A stretch of DNA of 63,617 nucleotides, counting the filler, from Thermodesulfobacteriota bacterium (GTDB taxonomy: Bacteria; DASVDK01): NCBI GenBank assembly GCA_036381125.1. It is 7 parts of 7 records of this genome, joined end to end, with 100 filler letters (N's around TTAATTAATTAA, not from the genome) between each part and the next. Parts side by side here need not be neighbours in the genome. Positions count along the whole stretch, not along the records: positions 1 to 18,211 come from DASVDK010000335.1; positions 18,312 to 24,180 come from DASVDK010000336.1; 5 more parts are not named here. The stretch is one strand, 5' to 3'. The position numbers were made by a program, and so were the translations under genes. Of the stretch, positions 9,107 through 18,382 are shown in pieces (position 1 is the stretch's first letter; each line of letters opens with the position of its first letter). Under the pieces are notes generated by a model. That model saw nothing but the letters and a program-made list of their open reading frames with translations, searched no databases and had not been told where the DNA came from.

Positions 9107-9952
9107 TCAAGGCGCGGGCGGCGCAAGCCCGGTGAGTCGCTCCGACAGGGTCCGCAGGCGGGCGCGAGCGTCCGGGTCGTAGGCCTGCCGGTGCGCGCGG
9201 GCCTCGCGAAGCTGGTCGTAGTACCGCCCGCTCACGCCCTCGAGCCCGGGGTCGGTCACGAGCCGCATCGTCGCGGCCACCCCGTCCTCGACGCGGCTCA
9301 TGGTGTAGCCGAAGCTCTCGAACACCATCTTCGTATCCATGAGCGACGCGGGGTGCAGGGCGTTGGCGGTGACCCCGGTCCCCTCCAGCTCCGCGGCCAG
9401 GTCGAAGGTGAACATGATCAGCGCGAGCTTGCTCTGCGAGTAGGCGCGCATGCCGTCGTAGCCGCGCTCGAGCATCACGTCGTCGAAGTCGATCGGCGCC
9501 TGGCCGACGGAGGCGACGTTGACGATCCGCGCCGGCGCGGACGCCTTCAGCAGGGGCAGCAGGCTCCGGGTCAGCAGGAACGGGGCAAGGTAGTTGACCT
9601 GGAAGCGCAGTTCGTACCCGTCGCGGCTCAGCTCGCGGCGCCGGTCGCCCGGCAGGCCGGCACCGATGCCCGCGTTGTTGACGAGGGTGTCGAGGCGGCC
9701 CTGCTCGTCGAAGACCCGCCGGGCGAGCCGGCGCACCTCGTCGAGCGAGGCGAAGTCGGCGCGGTAGTAGACGAGCCGGTCGTTGCCGGTCGCCTCGCGG
9801 ACCTCGGCCAGCGTGGCCTCGCCACGGCCCTGGTCGCGCCCGTGGAGGAGCAGCGTCGCGCCCTGCGCCGCGAGCTCGCGCGCCAGCCGGCGGCCCATGC
9901 CGTCGGTCGCCCCGGTGATGAGAATCGTCTGCTCGCCGATCGGCCGCATCAC
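9107..9952 (-). CDS. Short-chain dehydrogenase/reductase
   Basis: TGATDGMG, NNAG, YSQSK motifs. Confidence 0.9.
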   Translation of the reverse strand: MMRPIGEQTILITGATDGMGRRLARELAAQGATLLLHGRDQGRGEATLAEVREATGNDRLVYYRADFASLDEVRRLARRVFDEQGRLDTLVNNAGIGAGLPGDRRRELSRDGYELRFQVNYLAPFLLTRSLLPLLKASAPARIVNVASVGQAPIDFDDVMLERGYDGMRAYSQSKLALIMFTFDLAAELEGTGVTANALHPASLMDTKMVFESFGYTMSRVEDGVAATMRLVTDPGLEGVSGRYYDQLREARAHRQAYDPDARARLRTLSERLTGLAPPAP

Positions 9953-9974
9953 GCCCCCCTGACCGTCCCGCCGC

Positions 9975-10664
9975 CTATTGGGCCGGCACGCGGACGCCCA
10001 CCTCGTCGAGCCGGCGGAGCAGGTCGGCGGGGTCCTCGTAGACCCGATAGGCTCCGGCCCGCTCCAGCTCGTCGGTGCCGTAGCCGCCCGACAGCAGGCC
10101 GACGCCGATGGCGCGCGCCCGCCGCGCCGCGAGCAGGTCCCAGATGCTGTCGCCGACGACGATCGCGTCGGCGACCTCGACCCCGAGGCGGTCGGCCGCC
10201 GCGAGGAAGAGATCGGGGTCGGGCTTGGCGTGCCCCACCTGGTCGCGGGTGATCACCGGAACGCGGGCCGGATCGACGCCGAGCGCGTCGAGCGCCGGCC
10301 TCGCGCTGGCGAGGCGCCCGCTCGTCGCGATCGCCCAGGGCACCCCCCGATCGGTGAGGTGGGCGAGGAGGGCGCGCGCCCCCGGGAGCGGGCGGACGTC
10401 GCCGGAGCGCCGCGCGTAGGCCTCGGCGTGCAGCCGCTGCAGCCGCTCCGCGGCCTCGGCCGTGATCTCGAGCCCGGTCTCGCGCAGCAGGGCGTTCGTG
10501 AGCAGGCCGCCGCTCATGCCGATCTTGCGGTGGATGCGCCAGACGGACAGCTCGATGCCGGACGCCTGCAGGGCCTCGTGCCACGCGAGGACGTGCTGGT
10601 AGACGCTGTCGACGAGCGTGCCGTCGAGGTCGAACAGCATCGCCGCCGTGCGGGTGCTTCCCAT
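9975..10664 (-). CDS. HAD-superfamily hydrolase (subfamily IA)
   Basis: FDLDGTLVDS, ATSG, KPDPD, VGDSIWD. RBS GGAGGAG. Confidence 0.9.
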   Translation of the reverse strand: MGSTRTAAMLFDLDGTLVDSVYQHVLAWHEALQASGIELSVWRIHRKIGMSGGLLTNALLRETGLEITAEAAERLQRLHAEAYARRSGDVRPLPGARALLAHLTDRGVPWAIATSGRLASARPALDALGVDPARVPVITRDQVGHAKPDPDLFLAAADRLGVEVADAIVVGDSIWDLLAARRARAIGVGLLSGGYGTDELERAGAYRVYEDPADLLRRLDEVGVRVPAQ

Positions 10665-10903
10665 GGTCGGTCTCCTCCGGGTCATCTTCGCACCCGCGGT
10701 CGCCGCTGTCGCCAGTGCGTGCCCTCGGCAGCCCGGCGTGGCGCGGCCGGGCTGCCGTCCACGCAGTGAACGCAGCGCGCCGGCGCGCGCGGCAGGCCGA
10801 TTCCACCGCTGACTGCGGCCGCGATGGCGTCTATCCTGCGGCCGCCGCACCACGTGACGAGCTTCGCTGTCGACCACCGCGCAGGGAGCGGCTCCGCCGC
10901 CGG

Positions 10904-11011
10904 TTCGACGTCGCGACCATCGCCGTTCTGGGGAGCGGCCTGTACCTCTGGGCGTCGCGGCGCCGCCGGGCGATCGACGCCCGCCTGGTGGAGTCGGAGC
11001 GCGCCGCGTGA
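10904..11011 (+). pseudogene. Orphan C-terminal fragment of a PepSY-associated TM protein
   Basis: FDVATIAVLGSGLYLWASRRRR resembles the last TM helix (SGLYLW) of PepSY_TM proteins. The upstream frame does not look like protein and has no plausible start. Confidence 0.5.
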
Positions 11012-11149
11012 GCGTCGCACGCGCATTCCGCGCGCCGATCGCCGTCATCGTCCGGTGCGCGTCCCCGCCGCGCCCCCGCCGGGGACCGGCCGGACCCCCG
11101 GGTGCGGCGGTCCGAGAAGCGCCTGCCCGTCCGCCGGGCCGAGACGCCG

Positions 11150-11158
11150 TGTTATAGT
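11150..11158 (+). promoter_or_regulatory. Extended -10 element upstream of the EF-G paralog
   Basis: TGtTATAGT in a GC-rich intergenic region, about 85 nt before ATG 11243. Confidence 0.5.
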
Positions 11159-11242
11159 GGACAGGGTCCGGTCGGACCCATCGCCTCCGTGTCGCACCGG
11201 CACCGGACGCCGCGTAGGTCGAAGACCGAGACGGAGGCGCGC

Positions 11243-13342
11243 ATGTCCGCACCCGCGACCCAGCCCGACCGCATCCGCAACGTCGCCCTCATCGCCCACG
11301 ACGGCGCCGGCAAGAGCCTGCTGACCGAGGCGATGCTCTTCGACGCCAGGGCCATCCCGAGCTTCAGCCGCCTCACCGGCAACTCGAACGCCGTGGTCGA
11401 CACGGAACCCGAGGAGATCAAGCGGAACTTCACGCTCGCCTCGGCCGTCTATCACCTGCCCTGGAACGGCCACCTCGTGAACCTCGTCGACACCCCCGGC
11501 TACGCCAACTTCCTCCCGGACGTCCGCAACGCCCTGCAGGCCGTCGACGCGGCCTTCGTCCTCGTGAGCGCCGTCTCGGGCGTCAAGCGCGAGACCGAGC
11601 GCCTCTGGCAGCTCGCGGACGAGCTGGAGATCCCGCGCATCGTCTTCGTGAACCGGGTCGACGAGGATCGGGCGTCGTTTCTCCGGGCGGTCGACGACCT
11701 CGAGAAGAGCTTCCAGATCAAGCCGATCGCCGTGCAGATGCCGCTCGGCGAGGAGGCGGCCATGCGCGGCGTGATCGACCTCGTCGAGATGCGCGCCCAC
11801 GCGTACCCGGAGGACTACACCGGCAAGGTCGAGGTGAAGGACGTTCCGCCGGAACTGCGCGCGGAGGCCGAGCGGCTGCGCCAGCTCCTCGTGGACGAGG
11901 TGGCCGCGGCGGACGACGTCCTGACGGAGCGCTACCTGAACGGCGAGACGCTCTCGGCCGAGGACCTCTACGCCGGCCTGCGCGAGGCGATCCTCACCAG
12001 GAAGTTCGTGCCGGTCCTCTGCGGCTCGGCCTACCGGAACATCGGCGCCCGTGAGCTGCTCGACTTCGCCACCCGGGCCCTCCCCGACCCGGCCGCCCGG
12101 ACGCACGTGAAGATCACCACGCCCGACGGCGAACCGGCCGGCGTGAGGCCCGAGCCGGGCGAGCCGCTCGCCGCGTTCGTCTTCAAGACCTCGGTCGACC
12201 CCTTCGCCGGCCGCGTGTCGGCGGCCCGCGTCGTCAGCGGCGTCCTCAAGCACGACTCGACCGTCTACAACCCGGTCCGCCGGGCGCGGGAGCGGATCGG
12301 CAAGCTCTTCAAGTTCGAGGGCAAGAGCCTCGTGCCGGCCGAGGAGGCGGTGGCGGGCGACCTGGTCGCCATCCCCAAGCTCCAGGAGACCCTCACGGGC
12401 GACACGCTCTGCGACGAGAAGCACCCCCTCGTGGTCGAGGGCTTCCACGAGCCCAAGCGCCTCATCGCCTACGCGATCCGGCCGAAGGATCGGCGCGACG
12501 AGGAGAAGGTCATCGCCTCGATCAACCGGCTCATCGAGGAGGACCCCACCCTCGCCCTCACCCGCGACGCGCAGACCAAGGAGGTGCTGCTCCAGGGCCT
12601 GGGGCAGGTGCACCTCGAGGTGGCGGTCGAGCGGCTCAAGCGGAAGTACGACGTCGAGGTCGAGCTGCTCGAGCCGAAGGTCCCGTACAAGGAGACGATC
12701 CGGGGCCGCGCGCGCGTCCAGGGGAAGCACAAGAAGCAGAGCGGCGGGCGCGGTCAGTACGGCGACGTCTGGCTCGAGATCGAGCCCTTGCCGCGCGGCG
12801 GGGGCTTCGAGTTCGAGAACAGGATCTTCGGCGGCGTCGTGCCGAAGCAGTACGTGCCGGCCGTCGAGAAGGGGGTCGTCGAGGCCATGGAGTCGGGCCT
12901 CCTCGCCGGCTACCCCGTCGTCGACGTGAAGGTCGCCCTCGTCGACGGCTCGTACCACTCGGTGGACTCCTCCGAGATGGCGTTCAAGATCGCCGGCTCG
13001 ATCGGCTTCAAGAAGGGGCTCCAGGAGGCGAACCCGGTCCTGCTCGAGCCGATCATGAACCTCGAGGTCACCGTGCCCGAGGAGTTCATGGGGGCCGTCA
13101 TCGGCGACCTCAACGCGCGACGCGGCCGCATTCTCGGCGTCGATCCCATGGCCCGCGGGCAGCGGATCCGCGCCCAGGTGCCGATGGCCGAGGTGCTCCG
13201 CTACGCGCCCGACCTGCGCGCCCTCACCGGCGGCGCCGGCGTCTTCACCATGGAGCCCTCGCACTACGAGGAGGTCCCGACGCACCTCGCCGTCAAGGTC
13301 GTCGAGGAAGCGCGCCGGCAGCAGGCCGAGGCGAAGGCCTAG
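11243..13342 (+). CDS. fusA: Elongation factor G paralog (EF-G2-like)
   Basis: Full five-domain EF-G (KKQSGGRGQYGDV, DGSYHSVDSSEMAF, LLEPIM) with divergent G motifs (AHDGAGKS, RNFTL, DTPGY, NRVD). Not in an rpsL-rpsG-tuf context. Confidence 0.9.
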   Translation: MSAPATQPDRIRNVALIAHDGAGKSLLTEAMLFDARAIPSFSRLTGNSNAVVDTEPEEIKRNFTLASAVYHLPWNGHLVNLVDTPGYANFLPDVRNALQAVDAAFVLVSAVSGVKRETERLWQLADELEIPRIVFVNRVDEDRASFLRAVDDLEKSFQIKPIAVQMPLGEEAAMRGVIDLVEMRAHAYPEDYTGKVEVKDVPPELRAEAERLRQLLVDEVAAADDVLTERYLNGETLSAEDLYAGLREAILTRKFVPVLCGSAYRNIGARELLDFATRALPDPAARTHVKITTPDGEPAGVRPEPGEPLAAFVFKTSVDPFAGRVSAARVVSGVLKHDSTVYNPVRRARERIGKLFKFEGKSLVPAEEAVAGDLVAIPKLQETLTGDTLCDEKHPLVVEGFHEPKRLIAYAIRPKDRRDEEKVIASINRLIEEDPTLALTRDAQTKEVLLQGLGQVHLEVAVERLKRKYDVEVELLEPKVPYKETIRGRARVQGKHKKQSGGRGQYGDVWLEIEPLPRGGGFEFENRIFGGVVPKQYVPAVEKGVVEAMESGLLAGYPVVDVKVALVDGSYHSVDSSEMAFKIAGSIGFKKGLQEANPVLLEPIMNLEVTVPEEFMGAVIGDLNARRGRILGVDPMARGQRIRAQVPMAEVLRYAPDLRALTGGAGVFTMEPSHYEEVPTHLAVKVVEEARRQQAEAKA

Positions 13343-13400
13343 GGAGCGGGCTCGCCGCACGCGAACCGGCGGCCCTTCGAGGTTGCGCCGGGCGCGACAT

Positions 13401-13416
13401 CGGCACGACAGTTGCC
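13401..13416 (+). promoter_or_regulatory. sigma54 promoter upstream of the GT4 gene
   Basis: CGGCACGACAGTTGCC is a near-consensus GGCACG-N4-TTGC, 42 nt before ATG 13459. Confidence 0.7.
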
Positions 13417-13458
13417 CGGATCTCGCCCGGCGGCCGGCCCGGCCGCCGGGAGGGCGAG

Positions 13459-14745
13459 ATGCGATTCGCCGTCATGCTGCGGGCGCTCGACCAGCGAGGG
13501 GGGGTCGAGGTCTACGCGCGAAGCCTGCTCGAGCACCTCCTCGACATCGACCCGCGCAACAGTTACGTCCTTCTCTACCGGAGCCGGCGCCACGTCGGGC
13601 GCTACCAGGGACGCCCCAACGTGCAGGAGGTGCTCGTTCCGGCCGCCGACACGCTCACCTGGGACCAGATCGCGGTCCCGCTCGCCGCCCGTCGCGCGCG
13701 CGCCGACGTCCTCTTCCATCCCAAGTTCACGGTCCCGCTCGTCGCGCCCTGCCCGACCGTCATGACCCTCCACGGCTCGGCCTGGTTCACCCATCCGGAG
13801 CTGTTCGGGCGGGCGGACATCGCGTGGGTGCGCACCATGGTGCCCCTCTACTGCCGGCGGGCCTCGGCGCTCCTCGCCAACTCCGCCGTGACGGCCGAGG
13901 ACTTCGTCCGCCTCGTAGGGGTGCCGGCGGCAAAGATCCGCGTCACGCACCTCGCCGCGGACGCCCGCTTCCGGCCGATCGAGGACCCGGCCGCCCTCGA
14001 GCGCGCGAGGCGCCGCTACGGCCTGCTCGATCGATTCATCCTGACCGTTGCCAAGCACGATCCCCGCAAGAACGTCCCCACGCTCGTCCGGGCCTTCGCT
14101 CGCGTCCGCGCCGCGGTGCCCGCACGGCTCGTCGTCGTCGGGCTCGGCGTCGAGCGCTATCGGGACGAACTCGGCCTTCGCGGGACGCCGCTCGACGCGG
14201 ACGTTCGCTTCCTCGGCTGGGTGGACCAGGCCGACCTGCCGGCGCTCTACTCCGCGGCCGACCTCTTCGTCCTGCCCTCGGTCTACGAGGCGTTCGGCAT
14301 CCCGGTGTGCGAGGCGATGGCGTGCGGCACGCCGATGGTCCTCTCGCGGACCGGCGCCCTCCCCGAGGTCGCCGGCGAGGCGGCCGTCTACGTCGACCCC
14401 GCGGACCCGGTCGCGATGGCGGAGGTGCTGACCCGGCTCTGGGTCGACGCCGGCGCCCGCGCGGCGATGCGGACCCGCGCCCTCGCCCGCGCCTCGGCCT
14501 TCGGCTGGCAGCGGTGCGCCGCCGACACGCTCGCCGTCCTCGAGAGCCTTGGGGTCAGGTCTTTCCGTTTTCCACGGGGTCAGGTCTTTCCGTTTTCCAT
14601 GCCGCCGCCGGCGTCCGCATCGGTCCCGGGGGTCGAGAGGGTCTCTCGGTCCTCGTCCGTCACGCTGGGCAGCGCCGTCGACGCACCGCCGGCGAGCTCG
14701 TCGGCGAGCGGCGCCACCCCCTCCCCCACCTCCCACAGCTCGTAG
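13459..14745 (+). CDS. GT4 family glycosyltransferase with aberrant read-through tail
   Basis: PRKNVPTL, FLGWV, PSVYEAFGIPVCEAMACGTP. The family fold ends near 14550 (FGWQRCAADTLAVLESL); the frame then runs through the repeat and antisense into the helicase gene. Confidence 0.85.
   Translation: MRFAVMLRALDQRGGVEVYARSLLEHLLDIDPRNSYVLLYRSRRHVGRYQGRPNVQEVLVPAADTLTWDQIAVPLAARRARADVLFHPKFTVPLVAPCPTVMTLHGSAWFTHPELFGRADIAWVRTMVPLYCRRASALLANSAVTAEDFVRLVGVPAAKIRVTHLAADARFRPIEDPAALERARRRYGLLDRFILTVAKHDPRKNVPTLVRAFARVRAAVPARLVVVGLGVERYRDELGLRGTPLDADVRFLGWVDQADLPALYSAADLFVLPSVYEAFGIPVCEAMACGTPMVLSRTGALPEVAGEAAVYVDPADPVAMAEVLTRLWVDAGARAAMRTRALARASAFGWQRCAADTLAVLESLGVRSFRFPRGQVFPFSMPPPASASVPGVERVSRSSSVTLGSAVDAPPASSSASGATPSPTSHSS
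14551..14600 (+). repeat. 25-bp repeat family, 2 tandem units
   Basis: GGGGTCAGGTCTTTCCGTTTTCCAC and GGGGTCAGGTCTTTCCGTTTTCCAT. Confidence 0.95.
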
Positions 14746-16697
14746 AGCGACTCCGGGAGGTCCTGGACGAAGCGGGAGGGGCGCTGGATGGCGACCACCT
14801 GGTGGAAGTCCCGGGCGAGCTGGGGGTAGGCGAGGTACAGCTCGTCCCTGGCACGCGTGACGGCGACGTAGAAGAGGCGGCGCTCCTCCTCGAGGGCGTC
14901 GGGATCGGCGCTGCTCCTCGCGGAGGGGAGCTTCCCCTCCACGACCCAGACGAGGAAGACGGCCCCCCACTCGAGCCCCTTCGCCTGGTGGATGGTCGAG
15001 AGGACCACGCGCCCCTCGTCGGCGTCGTCGCCCGCGCCCGCCGCGTCCTCGCCCCCCACCTCGCCGAGGAGCGCCAGCTCCGAGAGGAAGGCCTCCGTGG
15101 TCTCGTAGCGACGCGCGAAGAGGGCGAGCTGCCGGAGGTCCTCGAGCCGGTTGGCGGCGTCGGGGTACCTGGCCGCGAGGTGGCTCTCGTAGCCCGCCTC
15201 GAGCACCGCCTCGATCTGCGCCGCGGGGCGGTCGCGCCGCTCGGCGTCGGTCACGGCCCGGAGCGTCGCCACGCAGCCGGCGAAGCCGGATCGTCCCGTC
15301 CTGGGGACGAGCGGCAGCAGGTCGCCTCGCGTCGCCGCGGTCAGCGGATCGGCCGTCTGCGCGAGCGCGCTCCAGAGCTTGTCGGCCGTCGCGCTGCCGA
15401 TGCGCGGCCAGAGCTTGAGGAGCCGCCGCCACGCCAGCTCGTCCCTGGGATTCGCGGCGACCTTGAGGTACGCCGTGACGTCCTTCACGTGCGCCTGCTC
15501 GAAGAACCGAAGGCCCGAGCGCAGCTCGAACGGCACGCCGCGGCGGGTCAGCTCGAGCTGCAGCTCGAGCGACTGGTAATGGGACCGGTAGAGCACGGCG
15601 ATGTCCGAAAGGGGGCGCCCCTCATCGGCGAGATCGAGGAGCCGCTGGGCGACGAACGCGGCCTGCTGCGCTTCGTCTCTGAGCGGCACGAGTGCGGGGC
15701 GCGGCCCGGAGGCGCGCACGGCTCTCAAGGTCTTCGGGAACTGCCGGACGTTCAGCGCGATCGCGGCGTTGGCGAGGTCGAGGATCTCGGGCGTGCTGCG
15801 GTAGTTGGTCTCGAGCCGGAAGAGCCGCGCGTCGGGGTAGCGCCGCGGGAAGTCCATGATGTTGGCGAAGTGCGCCCCGCGGAACGCGTAGATCGACTGG
15901 GCATCGTCGCCGACGACCATGAGGTTGCGGTGCAAGGCCGCGAGCCGGTCGACGAGGTCGCCCTGGAGGCGGTTCGTGTCCTGGTACTCGTCGACGAGGA
16001 TGTGGCGGAAGAGGCGCTGGTAGCGCTCGAGGACCGACGGGTGCTCGACGAGGAGCTGCATCCACCGCAGGAGGAGGTCGTCGAAGTCCATCGCCCCCAT
16101 CGCCCGCTTGCGCGCCTGGTACCTCGCGGCCACGGCGAGGACGGCGTCGGTCAGGGGGAGCAGGCGCGGGGCCCGCTCGGCAAGGACCGTCTCGAGCGAC
16201 TGCCCGGTGTTGACGGCGCGTGAGAGGAGGTCGCCGACGACCTCCCCGCTGGGGAAGCGGACGCCCGTCCCCTTGAAGCCGAGGTCGGCGGCGCAGGCGT
16301 CGAGAAGCTCCCTGGCATCGCCGCGGTCGAGGATGGAGAAGCCGCGGTCGTACCCGAGGAGGTCGGCGTGGCGGCGCAGGACCAGGTTGCCCACGTGGTG
16401 AAAGGTCCCGCCCCAGAGGCCGCGGGTCGGCCGGCCGGTGGCCACCTCCACCCGGTGGAGCATCTCGCGGGCCGCCTTGTTCGTGAACGTGACGAGGAGG
16501 ATCGCCTCGGCCGGGACCCCCGTCTCGAGGAGCCTGGCGACCCGGTAGGTGACGACGCGGGTCTTGCCGCTGCCGGCCCCCGCGATGACGAGGGCCGGCC
16601 CCTCCCCGGCCAGGACGACCGCTCGCTGCTCGTCGTTCAGCTCCTGCTCGTAACGGGTCGCGGACCCCCGCGGGACGCGCAGCGTGTACCGGCGCAT
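14580..16697 (-). CDS. uvrD: SF1A ATP-dependent DNA helicase, UvrD/PcrA family
   Basis: AGAGSGKT, TFTNKAA, VDEYQD, VGDDAQSIYAFRGA, NYRS, STIHQAKGLEW, EERRLFYVAVTRA. Confidence 0.93.
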   Translation of the reverse strand: MRRYTLRVPRGSATRYEQELNDEQRAVVLAGEGPALVIAGAGSGKTRVVTYRVARLLETGVPAEAILLVTFTNKAAREMLHRVEVATGRPTRGLWGGTFHHVGNLVLRRHADLLGYDRGFSILDRGDARELLDACAADLGFKGTGVRFPSGEVVGDLLSRAVNTGQSLETVLAERAPRLLPLTDAVLAVAARYQARKRAMGAMDFDDLLLRWMQLLVEHPSVLERYQRLFRHILVDEYQDTNRLQGDLVDRLAALHRNLMVVGDDAQSIYAFRGAHFANIMDFPRRYPDARLFRLETNYRSTPEILDLANAAIALNVRQFPKTLRAVRASGPRPALVPLRDEAQQAAFVAQRLLDLADEGRPLSDIAVLYRSHYQSLELQLELTRRGVPFELRSGLRFFEQAHVKDVTAYLKVAANPRDELAWRRLLKLWPRIGSATADKLWSALAQTADPLTAATRGDLLPLVPRTGRSGFAGCVATLRAVTDAERRDRPAAQIEAVLEAGYESHLAARYPDAANRLEDLRQLALFARRYETTEAFLSELALLGEVGGEDAAGAGDDADEGRVVLSTIHQAKGLEWGAVFLVWVVEGKLPSARSSADPDALEEERRLFYVAVTRARDELYLAYPQLARDFHQVVAIQRPSRFVQDLPESLYELWEVGEGVAPLADELAGGASTALPSVTDEDRETLSTPGTDADAGGGMENGKT

Positions 16698-16780
16698 GGC
16701 ATGAATAGTAGCGGGTCGAGCCCCTGCCTTTCGAGCGCCCGCGCGCGGACGGCTGCGCCGCGCGGCGAGACCGCGGGGCC

Positions 16781-16804
16781 GGGAAAATGGAAAGACCTGA
16801 CCCC
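16781..16804 (-). repeat. 25-bp repeat family, single unit
   Basis: Reverse complement GGGGTCAGGTCTTTCCATTTTCCC, starting 2 nt after the NUDIX stop codon. Confidence 0.9.
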
Positions 16805-16806
16805 GA

Positions 16807-17262
16807 TTACCTCACGAAGGCTTCGGGGCGCCGGGCGAGCGCGTCCTCGATGCGGCGGCGGTGGATCGGCAGCACGTCGGCCGGCAGCGCCCGCGGGTCG
16901 AACCAGTCGAGGGCGAGCGTCTCGTCGCAGAGCGCGAGGGCGCCGGCGACGACCCGGCACTCGAAGCAGGCCGAAACGTAGTGGACCACGTTGCCGTCGG
17001 GGTAGCGGACGACCTGGAAGGCCGGGTCCGAGTAGAGACCGATCAGGCGGATCACCTCGACGTCGAGCCCGGTCTCCTCGCGCACCTCGCGGACGGCCGC
17101 GGCCGAGACCGACTCGCCGACCTCGACGCCGCCGCCCGGCAGGCCCCACCGGCCGTTGTCGGACCGCCGCTGGAGGAGGATCCGGCCCCGCGCGTCGAAG
17201 ATCACCGCCGAGGCGGCGGCCCTGAGCGTCTGCGCGCGCGTGCCGGGCGGGACCGGCTCCAT
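16807..17262 (-). CDS. NUDIX hydrolase
   Basis: ILLQRRSDNGRWGLPGGGVEVGESVSAAAVREVREETGL. Confidence 0.92.
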   Translation of the reverse strand: MEPVPPGTRAQTLRAAASAVIFDARGRILLQRRSDNGRWGLPGGGVEVGESVSAAAVREVREETGLDVEVIRLIGLYSDPAFQVVRYPDGNVVHYVSACFECRVVAGALALCDETLALDWFDPRALPADVLPIHRRRIEDALARRPEAFVR

Positions 17263-18211
17263 CTACCGCCTCCTCACGTACAGCGCCAGCGCGATCCCGC
17301 CCCGCAGCGGGAAGACCATCCGGTCGTACGCGGCGGGGTCGGCGACCGGCGCCGGGGCGTCGGCGTCCGCGATCACCAGGTCGTCCTCGAGCCCCTCGCG
17401 CGGCGCGCCGAACCAGGCGGCCTGCGGGAACCGACGCAGGTCCCACGGGAGGGGCCAGTACTCCCTCGCCGTGATGGCGAGACGCACCCGGCTCGGGTCC
17501 CGCCCGCGCGTCGCCGCGTCGATGGCGGCGAGCAGGCCGCGGTAGCCCCGGACGGTCTGCGCGTACGGGTAGACGACCGCAGGGTCGTCGTACCGGACCA
17601 CGGCGGCGTCCCACGCCTGGCGCGCGCCGACCCCCGCGACGAGGACGAGCGCCGCCGCGACCGCGGCACGCGGCCAGCCCCCTCCGCGGGCGGCCGCCGC
17701 GCGCCACGCCTCGCGCACGGCGATCCCCGCGGACACGACCAGCGGGAGGACGAGGTCGACGACGAGCCAGGGGGTCTTGTAGCTCAACGCCGAGTAGAAG
17801 ACGAGCGTGCCGGCGGTCCAGACCGCGACGAACCGGTCGAACGGCCGCCGCGTCGCCAGGCCGATCGCGATCCCGAGCCCCCCGAGGACGAGCAGCCCCG
17901 CCTCCATGCGGGCGAGCCACGCGAGGTAGGTGAACCAGGGCTTGGCGTGCTCGACCCCGCCGGTGCCCCGCGAGACCCAGCCGGGGAGCGCGCGGATCGG
18001 GTCGAGGATGGCCGAGGGCGCGGTGAAGGCGTTCGTGTAGAAGCCGGCCGCCACGACGAGCGCGACGGCGAGGGCGAGCGCCGGACGCCGCCGCTTCTCG
18101 ACGAGGACGCGGAGCGCCCGGGGGTCGGCCGCCAGCAGGCCGGCGCCGAGGATGGCGAGGTGCGGGAAGGCGGTCTCCTTGGTGGCCACGAAGACGCCCG
18201 CCGCGACGCCG
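17263..18211 (-). CDS. GT-C fold membrane glycosyltransferase, TIGR03663/Agl23-like (5' part lost at contig end)
   Basis: Multi-TM protein with ATKE, HAKPWFTY, YSALSYKTPWL, YPYAQT and YWPLPW motifs. Confidence 0.7.
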
Positions 18212-18311
18212 NNNNNNNNNNNNNNNNNNNNNNNNNNNNNNNNNNNNNNNNNNNNTTAATTAATTAANNNNNNNNNNNNNNNNNNNNNNNNNNNNNNNNN
18301 NNNNNNNNNNN
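18212..18311. other. Artificial contig linker
   Basis: N-run, TTAATTAATTAA (stops in all six frames), N-run; 100 nt in total. Confidence 0.99.
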
Positions 18312-18382
18312 CGGAGTACTTCTAGGCTTCACAGGCACGGCCGGCGCGGGTCCGGGGAGGCCGCGGCCGGCAGGAGGCGTCC

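Noticed and set aside
14551-16804. uvrD bracketed by inverted GGGG-starting repeats as a Tn3-like transposon
   Set aside because: No target-site duplication (GCCTT vs GATTA), no transposase or resolvase, and the same units occur independently elsewhere.
14580-17262. UvrD plus NUDIX as an anti-phage defence module
   Set aside because: The helicase is a canonical housekeeping UvrD/PcrA with its own promoter signal; no nuclease or other defence gene is nearby.
18212-18311. Recurring TTAATTAATTAA motif and ORFs ending in X...LIN
   Set aside because: Artificial six-frame-stop linker between contigs; not biological.
18312-18325. ...EYF* as the end of ftsA
   Set aside because: Plausible by position, but only a few codons are visible.
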